Shown here: positions 1 to 7,717 of the stretch, piece by piece
How the letters are laid out: every line of letters begins with the position of its first letter
Numbering within the stretch: the first letter of the stretch is position 1
Origin: Pseudomonadota bacterium
Lineage (GTDB): Bacteria; Pseudomonadota; Alphaproteobacteria; Caulobacterales; Caulobacteraceae
DNA: 54,398 nucleotides
Assembly (NCBI GenBank): GCA_023434015.1
Contig: JAEYTM010000341.1
Location: 1-54,398, forward strand
Reading direction: 5' to 3'
The notes under the pieces: model-generated
What the model was told of the DNA's origin: nothing
What the model saw: the letters and a program-made list of their open reading frames with translations, nothing else
Databases searched by the model: none
Translations under genes and position numbers: made by a program

Positions 1-9
1 GCAAACTTC

Positions 10-25
10 TTAGGCGATGCTTAAC
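10..25 (+). promoter_or_regulatory. Putative CtrA-binding site upstream of rlpA
   Basis: TTAG-GCGATGC-TTAAC, one mismatch to TTAA-N7-TTAAC. Confidence 0.55.
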
Positions 26-56
26 CATGAAGGCGGCTCCGGGACGGGCTGCATCC

Positions 57-581
57 ATGAGGTTTGCCGTGACCCGCCAGTCCCTCTTTCGCCTTGTCAT
101 GATCGCCGCAGGGGCGGCGTCCCTGGCCGCCTGCGCGAGCGGGCCGCGCTACGCCGCCCAGCCGCAGACCCAGGCCGCGCCCGGGCAGAAGGTCGGGCGG
201 CCCTATCAGATCAACGGAGTCTGGTACACGCCCAAGGTCCAGCCGAACTACAACGAGGTCGGCCTGGCGTCCTGGTACGGGCGCGAGCACCAGGGCAAGC
301 CGACCGCCAACGGCGAGCGTTTCGACCGCAACCGCATCAGCGGCGCACACACGACCCTGCCACTTCCGTCGATCGTCGAGGTGACCAACCTGGAAAACGG
401 CAAGCGCCTGAGGGTGCGGGTCAACGACCGTGGGCCGTTCGTGCGTGGCCGGATCATCGATCTGTCGCAGGAGGCGGCCCGAGAGCTCGGCTTCGAGACC
501 AAGGGCCTGGCCAAGGTCAGGGTGCGCTATCTCGGGGCGGACGAGACCCGCACCGCGATGATGGACCCGCGCGTCGAATAG
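57..581 (+). CDS. rlpA: Septal ring lytic transglycosylase RlpA family lipoprotein (DPBB domain, no SPOR domain)
   Basis: Lipobox LAAC; KVGRPYQINGVWY, GLASWYG, TANGE, VRVNDRGPF..GRIIDLS motifs. ORF opens at 27; ATG 57 gives a normal-length signal peptide. Confidence 0.9.
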   Translation: MRFAVTRQSLFRLVMIAAGAASLAACASGPRYAAQPQTQAAPGQKVGRPYQINGVWYTPKVQPNYNEVGLASWYGREHQGKPTANGERFDRNRISGAHTTLPLPSIVEVTNLENGKRLRVRVNDRGPFVRGRIIDLSQEAARELGFETKGLAKVRVRYLGADETRTAMMDPRVE

Positions 582-621
582 GCGTTCTGGACATCTGTCG
601 CGAACCGGCCAATTTGGCGGC

Positions 622-1260
622 GTGGCGCGCGGACGGTTCATCACATTCGAAGGCGGGGAGGGGGCGGGCAAGTCCACCCAGCTCAGGCGGCTGGCCGCCC
701 GCCTTCAGGCCGAGGGCCATGAGGTCGTCGCGACCCGCGAGCCTGGCGGTTCGGCCGGCGCCGAGAGCATCCGCGACCTGGTCCTGAACGGGTCGGCGGA
801 CCGCTGGAGCCCGATCACCGAAACCCTGCTGATGTACGCTGCGCGGCGCGATCACATCGAGCGGGTGATCCGTCCGGCGCTGGACCGCGGGGCCTGGGTG
901 GTGTGCGATCGTTTCGCCGACTCCACCCGGGCCTATCAGGGCGCGGCCGGCGGCACGGACAACCGGCTGATCGCGGCCCTGGAGACTCACATCCTGGAAG
1001 ACGCCAGGCCGGACCTGACCCTGGTGTTCGACCTGCCGCCGCAGATCGGCCTGGCCCGCGCGCATGCCCGGGCCGGCGCCGAGATGCGTTTCGAATCCAA
1101 GGGCGAGGCCTTCCATCACCGGCTGCGCGACGCCTTCCTGGCCATCGCCCGGGATGAGCCGCAGCGCTGCCGTCTGATCGACGCCACCGCGGCGATCGAC
1201 GATGTCGAGGCGGCGGTCTGGGACGCGGTGACCGAACGGCTGGCCGAGCGTCATGGCTGA
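622..1260 (+). CDS. tmk: Thymidylate kinase
   Basis: FITFEGGEGAGKSTQ P-loop, TREPGG, CDRFADS..AYQG. Confidence 0.97.
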   Translation: MARGRFITFEGGEGAGKSTQLRRLAARLQAEGHEVVATREPGGSAGAESIRDLVLNGSADRWSPITETLLMYAARRDHIERVIRPALDRGAWVVCDRFADSTRAYQGAAGGTDNRLIAALETHILEDARPDLTLVFDLPPQIGLARAHARAGAEMRFESKGEAFHHRLRDAFLAIARDEPQRCRLIDATAAIDDVEAAVWDAVTERLAERHG

Positions 1261-2254
1261 CGTGGACCTGCCGCATCCGCGCGAAGTGTTCCACCTTCAG
1301 GGACACGAAGGGCCGGAGACGGACTTCGAGGCGGCGCGGGCGCGGGGGCGGCTGCACCATGCCTGGCTGCTGACCGGGCCGGAAGGGGTCGGCAAGGCGA
1401 CCTTCGCCTATCGCGCCGCGCGTCGCCTGCTGGGCGCCCCGGCCGATCCGGCCTACGGAATCCTCGGCGCTGCGCCGGACCATCCGGTCAGCCGTCAGAT
1501 CATCGCCCGTTCGCACCCCGACATCCTGGCGATCCAGCGCCAGGACGAGGACGGCAAGGTGCGCAAGGTCATCCCCGTCGACGAGGTGCGCAAGCTCTCC
1601 GAGTTCTTCTCCAAATCGCCAGCCAGCGCGCCGCACCGGGTGGCCATCGTCGATGCCGTCGACGACCTCAACACCAACGCCGCCAACGCGCTGCTGAAGA
1701 CCCTGGAGGAACCGCCGGCGCGCGGGATACTGCTGCTGGTCTCCCATTCTCCGGGGCGGCTGCTGCCGACCATCCGCTCGCGATGCCGGCGCCTGGCCTT
1801 CTCGGCCCTGAGCCTGGAAGACGGCGCGGCCTTCGTTCGCGACCGCGCGCCGGTGAACGAGGAGGAGGCCCTGCGCCTATCGCGGATGGCGGGCGGAGCG
1901 CCCGGACGGGCGCTGACGCTGGCCGCCGCCGGGGCGATCGTCATCGACGACGCCGCGCGCAGCCTGCTGGCCGACCTGCCGAGCATCGACGAGGCCGCCG
2001 CCCTCCTGCTGGCCGACCGTTTCCGTGGTGCGGAGGGGCAGGCCCAGTTCAACCTGCTGTTCGACCGCCTGGCCGAGCGGGTGCATGGCCTGGCCACCGA
2101 CCGGGCCGCCCAAGGGATCGGCGCGCTTGATCGCTGGGCGCGGGCGTGGGAGACGCTGCAGCGCCTGCCGCGGGAGGCCGAGGCGCTGAACCTCGACCGG
2201 ACCGACGCGCTGTTCACCGCCCTGACCGAGCTGCGCCAGGCCGCACGGGCCTGA
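1253..2254 (+). CDS. holB: DNA polymerase III subunit delta'
   Basis: HAWLLTGPEGVGKAT, NAANALLKTLEEPP, LLPTIRSRC; follows tmk. Confidence 0.95.
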   Translation: MADVDLPHPREVFHLQGHEGPETDFEAARARGRLHHAWLLTGPEGVGKATFAYRAARRLLGAPADPAYGILGAAPDHPVSRQIIARSHPDILAIQRQDEDGKVRKVIPVDEVRKLSEFFSKSPASAPHRVAIVDAVDDLNTNAANALLKTLEEPPARGILLLVSHSPGRLLPTIRSRCRRLAFSALSLEDGAAFVRDRAPVNEEEALRLSRMAGGAPGRALTLAAAGAIVIDDAARSLLADLPSIDEAAALLLADRFRGAEGQAQFNLLFDRLAERVHGLATDRAAQGIGALDRWARAWETLQRLPREAEALNLDRTDALFTALTELRQAARA

Positions 2255-2273
2255 GCCGGACCAGACCGACCCG

Positions 2274-3050
2274 ATGTTGATCGACAGCCACGTCAACCTG
2301 CATGCGCCGCAATTCGACGACGACCGCGAAGCGGTGATCGCACGGGCGCGCGAGGCCGGCGTGCGCCTGATGGTCAACATCTGCGACCGGGTCTCGAACT
2401 ACGAGGCGGTGCGCCGGGTCGCCGATCATCCGGACATCTGGGCGACCGTCGGCGCCCATCCGCACGAGGCGAAGGAGAATCCCGACCTTTCGGCGAGTGC
2501 GCTGATCGACATCGCCGCCGATCCGAAGGTGGTCGGCATCGGCGAGTGCGGCCTCGATTTCCACTACGATCTCAGCCCGCGCGATATCCAGGCGAAGGTG
2601 TTCCGTGTCCACTGCGAGGCGGCGCGGGCGACGGGCCTGCCGCTGGTGGTCCACACCCGCGAGGCGGACGAGTTGATGGGCGAGATCCTCGAGGAGGAAC
2701 ATGCGCGCGGCGCCTTCCCGATCCTGATGCACTGCTACACCTCGGGCGCGGACCTCGCCCGGCGGGCCGCGGCGCTGGGCGCCTGGTTCTCCGTCTCCGG
2801 CATCGCCACCTTCAAGGCCGCCGAGGACGTGCGCGCGGTGATCCGCGAGATGCCGGCTGACCGGATCATCGTGGAGACCGACTGCCCTTATCTGGCGCCC
2901 GTGCCGCATCGCGGCCGGCGGAACGAGCCAGCCTTCCTGCCGCATGTCCTGGCCAAGCTGGCAGAGATCCGCGGCTGGACCCTGGACGAGGCGGAGCGGC
3001 TGACCGAGGACGCCTTCTTCGCCGTCTTCCCGAGGATCCCGCGGCCGTGA
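2274..3050 (+). CDS. tatD: TatD family hydrolase
   Basis: IDSHVNL, GAHPH, IGECGLDF, HTREA, ETDCPYLAP..RGRRNEP. Confidence 0.93.
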   Translation: MLIDSHVNLHAPQFDDDREAVIARAREAGVRLMVNICDRVSNYEAVRRVADHPDIWATVGAHPHEAKENPDLSASALIDIAADPKVVGIGECGLDFHYDLSPRDIQAKVFRVHCEAARATGLPLVVHTREADELMGEILEEEHARGAFPILMHCYTSGADLARRAAALGAWFSVSGIATFKAAEDVRAVIREMPADRIIVETDCPYLAPVPHRGRRNEPAFLPHVLAKLAEIRGWTLDEAERLTEDAFFAVFPRIPRP

Positions 3051-3871
3051 GCGGGACGCTGGAGGTCACCATTCTGGGCTGCGGCTCATCGGGCGGCGTG
3101 CCGCGGGCGGACGGGAATTGGGGCGCGTGCGATCCGGCCGATCCGAAGAACCTGCGCACTCGTTGCTCGCTGCTCGTCCGGCGCAAGGGGGAGGCGCCTG
3201 AGCAGGAAACCACCCTGGTGGTCGACACGGCGCCCGACTTCCGGATCCAGTGCGCTAGCGCCGGGGTGAAGCGGCTGGATGCAGTTCTGCTCACCCACGA
3301 CCATGCCGACCAGGTGCACGGCATCGACGACGTGCGGGCTTTTTACCTCCGCCAGCAGGCGCGGGTGGATTGCCACACGGACGCGCCGACCGCGGCCAGC
3401 CTGCGCCAGCGGTTCGGCTACATCTTCGAGGGGCAGGGCGGCTATCCGGCGATCTGCGACCTGCAGCCGATCCCCAGTCATGGAACGCCGTGGCGGGTGA
3501 ACGGCCCGTCGGGCGCGATTCCGGTCGTGACCTTCGACCAGGACCACGGCGGCGTGCGTTCGGTGGGCTACCGCTTCGGCGGCGTGGCCTATTCGAGCGA
3601 TGTGGTCGGGCTGGACGACGCGGCCTTCGAGGCCCTGGCCGGGCTGGATGTCTGGATCGTCGACGCCCTGCGCCTGCGGCCGCACCCGACCCATTCCCAT
3701 GTCGAGCGCACCCTGGAATGGATCGCGCGGGCGGCGCCGAAGCGGGCCATCCTGACCAACATGCATATCGATCTCGATTATGAGACCCTGGCGGCCAGCC
3801 TGCCGCCGGGCGTCGAGCCGGCATTCGACGGCTTGCGGCTCGAACATCAGCTTGAGGCGGAAATATCTTGA
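3047..3871 (+). CDS. MBL-fold metallo-hydrolase (PhnP-like)
   Basis: ILGCGSSGGVP, THDHADQVHGIDD metal-binding motif, HPTH; usual partner of tatD. Confidence 0.9.
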   Translation: MSGTLEVTILGCGSSGGVPRADGNWGACDPADPKNLRTRCSLLVRRKGEAPEQETTLVVDTAPDFRIQCASAGVKRLDAVLLTHDHADQVHGIDDVRAFYLRQQARVDCHTDAPTAASLRQRFGYIFEGQGGYPAICDLQPIPSHGTPWRVNGPSGAIPVVTFDQDHGGVRSVGYRFGGVAYSSDVVGLDDAAFEALAGLDVWIVDALRLRPHPTHSHVERTLEWIARAAPKRAILTNMHIDLDYETLAASLPPGVEPAFDGLRLEHQLEAEIS

Positions 3872-4476
3872 GTTCTTGGCCGCTTAAGCTCGGGTTCCTC
3901 GCGTCCGGAAATGGCTCCAGCGCCCGGGCGATCATGCACGCCATCGCCGGGGGCGATCTGGCCGCCGAGGCGCGGCTGATGGTCAGCAACAACCGCAGCG
4001 CGCCGGCGCTGGCCTTCGCCCGGGAGCACGGGTTGCCGGCGCTCTGCATCCCGACTCAGGCGGATGCGGCGGCGGCCGACTCGCGCCTGGCAGCCGAGAT
4101 GGCGGCTCACCAGGTCGAGCTGATCATCATGTCGGGGTATCTGCGCCACCTGGGTCCGGCGACCCTCGGCCGGTACGCGGGGCGAATCCTCAACATTCAT
4201 CCCGGGCCGCTGCCGGAATTCGGCGGCCAGGGCATGTACGGTCGGCGTGTGCACGAGGCGGTGATCGCCGCCGGCGTGCCGGAAAGCGGCATCGTCATCC
4301 ATCTGGTCGATGAGGAGTACGATCGCGGACCCGCGGTCGCGCGCCGGGGCGTGCCGGTGAAGCCCGGCGATACGCCCGAGAAGCTGGAGGCGCGCGTGAC
4401 GTCAGCCGAGCCGGCGTTCTTCGTGGAAACCTTGCAGCGGATCGCCGCTGGCGAACTGCCGCTCCCGCCGGCGTGA
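3868..4476 (+). CDS. purN: Phosphoribosylglycinamide formyltransferase-like protein (PurN family)
   Basis: LASGNGS, LNIHPGPLPEFGGQGMYG, SGIVIHLVDEEYDRG; TTG start overlaps the upstream stop. Confidence 0.8.
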   Translation: MSSWPLKLGFLASGNGSSARAIMHAIAGGDLAAEARLMVSNNRSAPALAFAREHGLPALCIPTQADAAAADSRLAAEMAAHQVELIIMSGYLRHLGPATLGRYAGRILNIHPGPLPEFGGQGMYGRRVHEAVIAAGVPESGIVIHLVDEEYDRGPAVARRGVPVKPGDTPEKLEARVTSAEPAFFVETLQRIAAGELPLPPA

Positions 4477-4546
4477 GTGATCGGCATTTCCGATAATATT
4501 CCTTAGGCGCAATTGATTGGTGCGCATGCCAGGCCCCCTGGGATGC

Positions 4547-4582
4547 GTCCCGCCGCAATCAGCGCCGAGGCTGCGGCGGGAC
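4547..4582. terminator. GC-rich stem-loop between convergent purN-like and ricin-lectin genes
   Basis: GTCCCGCCGCA-N14-TGCGGCGGGAC, perfect 11-bp inverted repeat a few nt after the lectin stop; no U-tract. Confidence 0.5.
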
Positions 4583-4588
4583 ATGGCT

Positions 4589-5245
4589 TCAGTTGAGGCC
4601 GCCGGCGGCCACGGCCGAACTGACCGGCAGATAGATGTTGCCGCCGCCGGCGGACACCACGTTGCCACCCCCCGCGGCGATGACGTTAAGGCCGCCGGCA
4701 GCCACCACGTTGCCGCCACCGGCTGCGATCACGCTGCCGAGCGAGGCCCGGCCTGCCGCCTGAGCCTGGGCGGCCGAGATCCTGCCGCTCGACAATGCCT
4801 GCTGGGCGCTCATCTTGCGGCCCGGCGCCCACCGCTGGTTCGACGCGCCGGAGCAATGCCAGCCGATCACGCGCGATCCCTGGCCGCCGCCACGTTCGAT
4901 ATCGGCGCACCAGCCTTCCTCATTTCGCAGGGCGCCGTTGGCGATGATCCACTTCTGCGCGCGCGACCCGTTGCAGCCGGCGGCAGCCAGGCCGGCCCCA
5001 GCGCCTCCGGTGGTGGTCAGGCATTTCCCACCGACCAGAAGCTCGCCGTAGGAGCCGCTGCGGAAGCGAAAATCCTGATTGCCTTGGCCGTGGCAGCTCC
5101 AGGTAATGGCCTCGCTGCCGTTCTTCATGTCCAGACACTGCCCGGCCGCATGGCCGCTGAGCAGGACTTCCGCCCGGGCCGGCGCCGGCAGCGCCGTTGG
5201 CGTCAGCATCAGCCCAGCGGCGATCAGCGCGATCTTGAATGTCAT
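4589..5245 (-). CDS. Secreted ricin-type beta-trefoil lectin domain protein with C-terminal Gly-rich octapeptide repeats
   Basis: Strong SD (AGGGAGGAG) before ATG 5245; signal peptide MTFKIALIAAGLML..ARA; three subdomains each with a Cys pair and NQDF/AQKW/NQRW (QxW) motifs. Confidence 0.85.
   Translation of the reverse strand: MTFKIALIAAGLMLTPTALPAPARAEVLLSGHAAGQCLDMKNGSEAITWSCHGQGNQDFRFRSGSYGELLVGGKCLTTTGGAGAGLAAAGCNGSRAQKWIIANGALRNEEGWCADIERGGGQGSRVIGWHCSGASNQRWAPGRKMSAQQALSSGRISAAQAQAAGRASLGSVIAAGGGNVVAAGGLNVIAAGGGNVVSAGGGNIYLPVSSAVAAGGLN
4637..4732 (-). repeat. Four tandem 24-bp coding repeats (VIAAGGGN VVAAGGLN VIAAGGGN VVSAGGGN); a fifth copy AVAAGGLN ends the protein (4592-4615)
   Basis: Read directly from the translation; copies differ at synonymous positions. 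Confidence 0.9.
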
Positions 5246-5276
5246 GGTTCTCTCCTCCCTGAGCATCGAGGGCCCG

Positions 5277-6044
5277 TCATTGCGCCTTGGTGCAGGCCGT
5301 GGTGGCCGGATCGACGATGTGGGCGCCATTCGGCCGACGGTTTTCGTCCCGCTCGAAATAGACCGCGGGCTGACCCGAACGATCGGGGCGAAGCTGGCCG
5401 ACCGCCCCGCTGAAGGCGCCGCTGGTCAGCCGGATTCGGTCGCCGTTCCGCACGAAGGCGCCGCCGGTGTTGGCGGTGCGGTACGTCCCGTTGGGCAGCA
5501 GCGTCAGGGTCGCCATGTTCGAGAAGCGAAGCTCCCGACTGTTCAGTTCGCCGGCGGTATAGGTCACCCGTGTCTCCCACCAGGCGCAGGTGAGCTTTCC
5601 GGACGGCAGAGGCGCGGCCGCCACCGCGGGGGACGCGGCTCTGGTGAAGCGAAGCGTTCCCTTCATTTCGCCGGTGATCGAGCCGTCGCCCGGAAGGAAA
5701 CCGTCCAACCGGCCGCTGATGGTGTCCGTCGTGCAGGGTCCGCCCAGCGAAACCCGGGCCCGATCGCGCTCGAAGGCGAAATAGCACTTGCCGTTCTCGA
5801 GAAAGGAAAGGCCGGGCTTGAGGGCGCCTGAGAAGCTGGCGGCGCCTAGCGAGAGGGTCCCCTCGCCCGTGAACTTTCCGTCCTTCAGGATTGCCTGGAC
5901 GGACCACGTCCCGGTGCGGCCGGAGCCGTCCGAGAGGGTCCCCCTGCCCTCGACAGGCCCCGAATTCGGGGTGACCGCCGCCGCGAATGCTGCACCGGAA
6001 AGGAAAACACACCCGATAACAACTAAAGCTTGCAAAGTTCGCAA
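5277..6044 (-). CDS. Secreted hypothetical protein, two predicted all-beta domains
   Basis: ORF open to 6071; TTG 6044 gives signal peptide LRTLQALVVIGCVFLSGAAFA; Gly/Thr/aromatic beta-strand pattern, Ala/Pro linker, two Cys pairs; 31 nt from the lectin gene. Confidence 0.75.
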   Translation of the reverse strand: MRTLQALVVIGCVFLSGAAFAAAVTPNSGPVEGRGTLSDGSGRTGTWSVQAILKDGKFTGEGTLSLGAASFSGALKPGLSFLENGKCYFAFERDRARVSLGGPCTTDTISGRLDGFLPGDGSITGEMKGTLRFTRAASPAVAAAPLPSGKLTCAWWETRVTYTAGELNSRELRFSNMATLTLLPNGTYRTANTGGAFVRNGDRIRLTSGAFSGAVGQLRPDRSGQPAVYFERDENRRPNGAHIVDPATTACTKAQ

Positions 6045-6325
6045 ATGATTGCCCCAGCCCTCATGCCGCACGTTGCATAATTGCTATTTATGGCAAGGAT
6101 TCTGGTCAACATCGGTGTTCCGGGAATCTCAGTCAGTGGAATCCCGATTATTTCGCCATGCTTTCACAGGCTGCGGCCCTCTTTGCGCGGCCAGCGCGTT
6201 CAGCACCGCGCTGCATGGCGCCCCAGCCGTTCGCCTCCTTGGCACGCCCCAAATCGCCCCCTTGTGCGATGGCAGCCGCCGGACTACATGTAGCGTAATT
6301 ACTGTACATCAGATGGGGTGACACC

Positions 6326-6817
6326 ATGCGTAAGATCGCAGTTGCAGCCGCCGCCACGGCGCTGCTGGTTTCAGGCGCCGCTTTCGCCGCGCCCGCCACC
6401 GTTTCGGTGACCGTCGGCCCGGAACTGCAGAAGAAGGCGCTGAAGACCTACGGTGTGAAGGATGTGAACCGGCTGGCGGAGAACCTCCGCGCAGACGTGG
6501 AGCGCGAACTGACCAAGACCGGCGCCTACGATGGCGCGCGCATCGAACTTGTGCTGGTCGACGTCAAGCCGAACCGGCCGACCTTCAAGCAGATGGGTGA
6601 CACGCCGGGCCTCTCCTACCAGAGCTTCGGCCTTGGCGGCGCCAAGATCGAGGGTCAGGCGATCGCGGCCGACGGCACGGTCACGCCGGTCGGCTACCGC
6701 TGGTACGAGACCGATATCGGACAGACCTGGTACCAGGCGACCTGGTCGGACGCTGAATGGACCTTCGACCGGTTTGCGACCCGGCTGAGCCGCGGCCAGG
6801 CGCTGGCCAGCCGCTAG
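6326..6817 (+). CDS. Secreted hypothetical protein
   Basis: Signal peptide MRKIAVAAAATALLVSGAAFA; high-GC3 codon usage; GGGG SD-like element; followed by a terminator. Confidence 0.85.
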   Translation: MRKIAVAAAATALLVSGAAFAAPATVSVTVGPELQKKALKTYGVKDVNRLAENLRADVERELTKTGAYDGARIELVLVDVKPNRPTFKQMGDTPGLSYQSFGLGGAKIEGQAIAADGTVTPVGYRWYETDIGQTWYQATWSDAEWTFDRFATRLSRGQALASR

Positions 6818-6843
6818 ACGACGCCATAGCCCTTGCGTCCCGG

Positions 6844-6877
6844 AACGGCGCGCGGTCTCATCGCCGCGCGCCGTTTT
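6844..6877 (+). terminator. Intrinsic terminator
   Basis: AACGGCGCGCGG-N8-CCGCGCGCCGTT then TT; 12-bp stem. Confidence 0.7.
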
Positions 6878-6904
6878 GCTGTGCGCGACCTCCAAAGGAC
6901 ATCG

Positions 6905-7717
6905 ATGCCCGCCTCCGCTCCGTCCGGCGATCAGCGCCCCATCGACCGTCTGATCGCCATCATGGCGCGCCTGCGCGATCCCGAAAGCGGCTGTCCCTGG
7001 GATATCGAGCAGACCTTCGCGACCATCGCCCCCTATACGGTCGAGGAGGCCTATGAGGTGGCGGACGCCATCGAGCGCTCCGACCTGGGCGACCTGAAGG
7101 ACGAACTCGGCGACCTGCTGCTGCAGGTGGTGTTCCACGCCCGCATGGCCGAGGAACAGGGCGCCTTCGGATTCGAGGATGTGGCGCGCGCGATCAACGA
7201 GAAGATGATCCGGCGCCACCCGCATGTGTTCGGCGGCGAGACCTATGCCTCGCTGGCGGATCAGAAGGCCGACTGGGACGCCCTCAAGGCCGAGGAACGG
7301 AAGGGCAAGGCCGCCGCCGCCGGGCTGCTCGACGACGTGCCGGTCGGCCTGCCCGCCCTCACCCGGGCCGTGAAGCTCTCGAAGCGCGCCGCAGGCGTCG
7401 GCTTTGTCTGGCCATCCGCCAGGGAGGTGCTCGCCAAGCTGTACGAGGAGGTGGCCGAACTGGAAGCCGAGATCGCCTCCGGCGATCTGGAGAAGACCCG
7501 TCAGGAGATGGGCGACGTGCTGTTCGTGGTCGCCAACCTGGCGCGAACCCTGGAGGTCGATCCGGAGGATTCGCTGCGGTTCACCAACGCCAAGTTCGCC
7601 CGCCGATTCCGTTACATCGAGCAACGCCTGGCCGAACGCGGCAAGACACCAGAGCAGTCAGACCTGGCCGAGATGGACGCTCTCTGGGACGAAGCCAAGG
7701 CAACCGAGAAGGCCTAG
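6905..7717 (+). CDS. mazG: Nucleoside triphosphate pyrophosphohydrolase MazG
   Basis: LRDPESGCPWDIEQT, EEAYEVADAI, ELGDLLLQVVFHA, RRHPHVF; AAAGGA SD before ATG 6905. Confidence 0.96.
   Translation: MPASAPSGDQRPIDRLIAIMARLRDPESGCPWDIEQTFATIAPYTVEEAYEVADAIERSDLGDLKDELGDLLLQVVFHARMAEEQGAFGFEDVARAINEKMIRRHPHVFGGETYASLADQKADWDALKAEERKGKAAAAGLLDDVPVGLPALTRAVKLSKRAAGVGFVWPSAREVLAKLYEEVAELEAEIASGDLEKTRQEMGDVLFVVANLARTLEVDPEDSLRFTNAKFARRFRYIEQRLAERGKTPEQSDLAEMDALWDEAKATEKA

Noticed and set aside
4637..4732. 24-bp periodic repeat as a CRISPR array or VNTR
   Set aside because: No spacers, no cas genes; copies are in-frame and diverge at synonymous positions
6240..6256. TGGCACG as a sigma54 -24 element before the 6326 gene
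   Set aside because: No TTGC at -12 (AAAT instead)
6049..6321. Short ORFs in the divergent intergenic region (6049-6321, 6081-6293, 6148-6399)
   Set aside because: No coding-like codon bias, SD or motif; they overlap the likely promoter region
4477..6325. Accessory insert as a mobile element
   Set aside because: No transposase, integrase, tRNA target or flanking direct repeats that I could find
6905..7717. mazG as a defence or abortive-infection gene
   Set aside because: Full-length two-domain housekeeping MazG next to hflX; no mazEF
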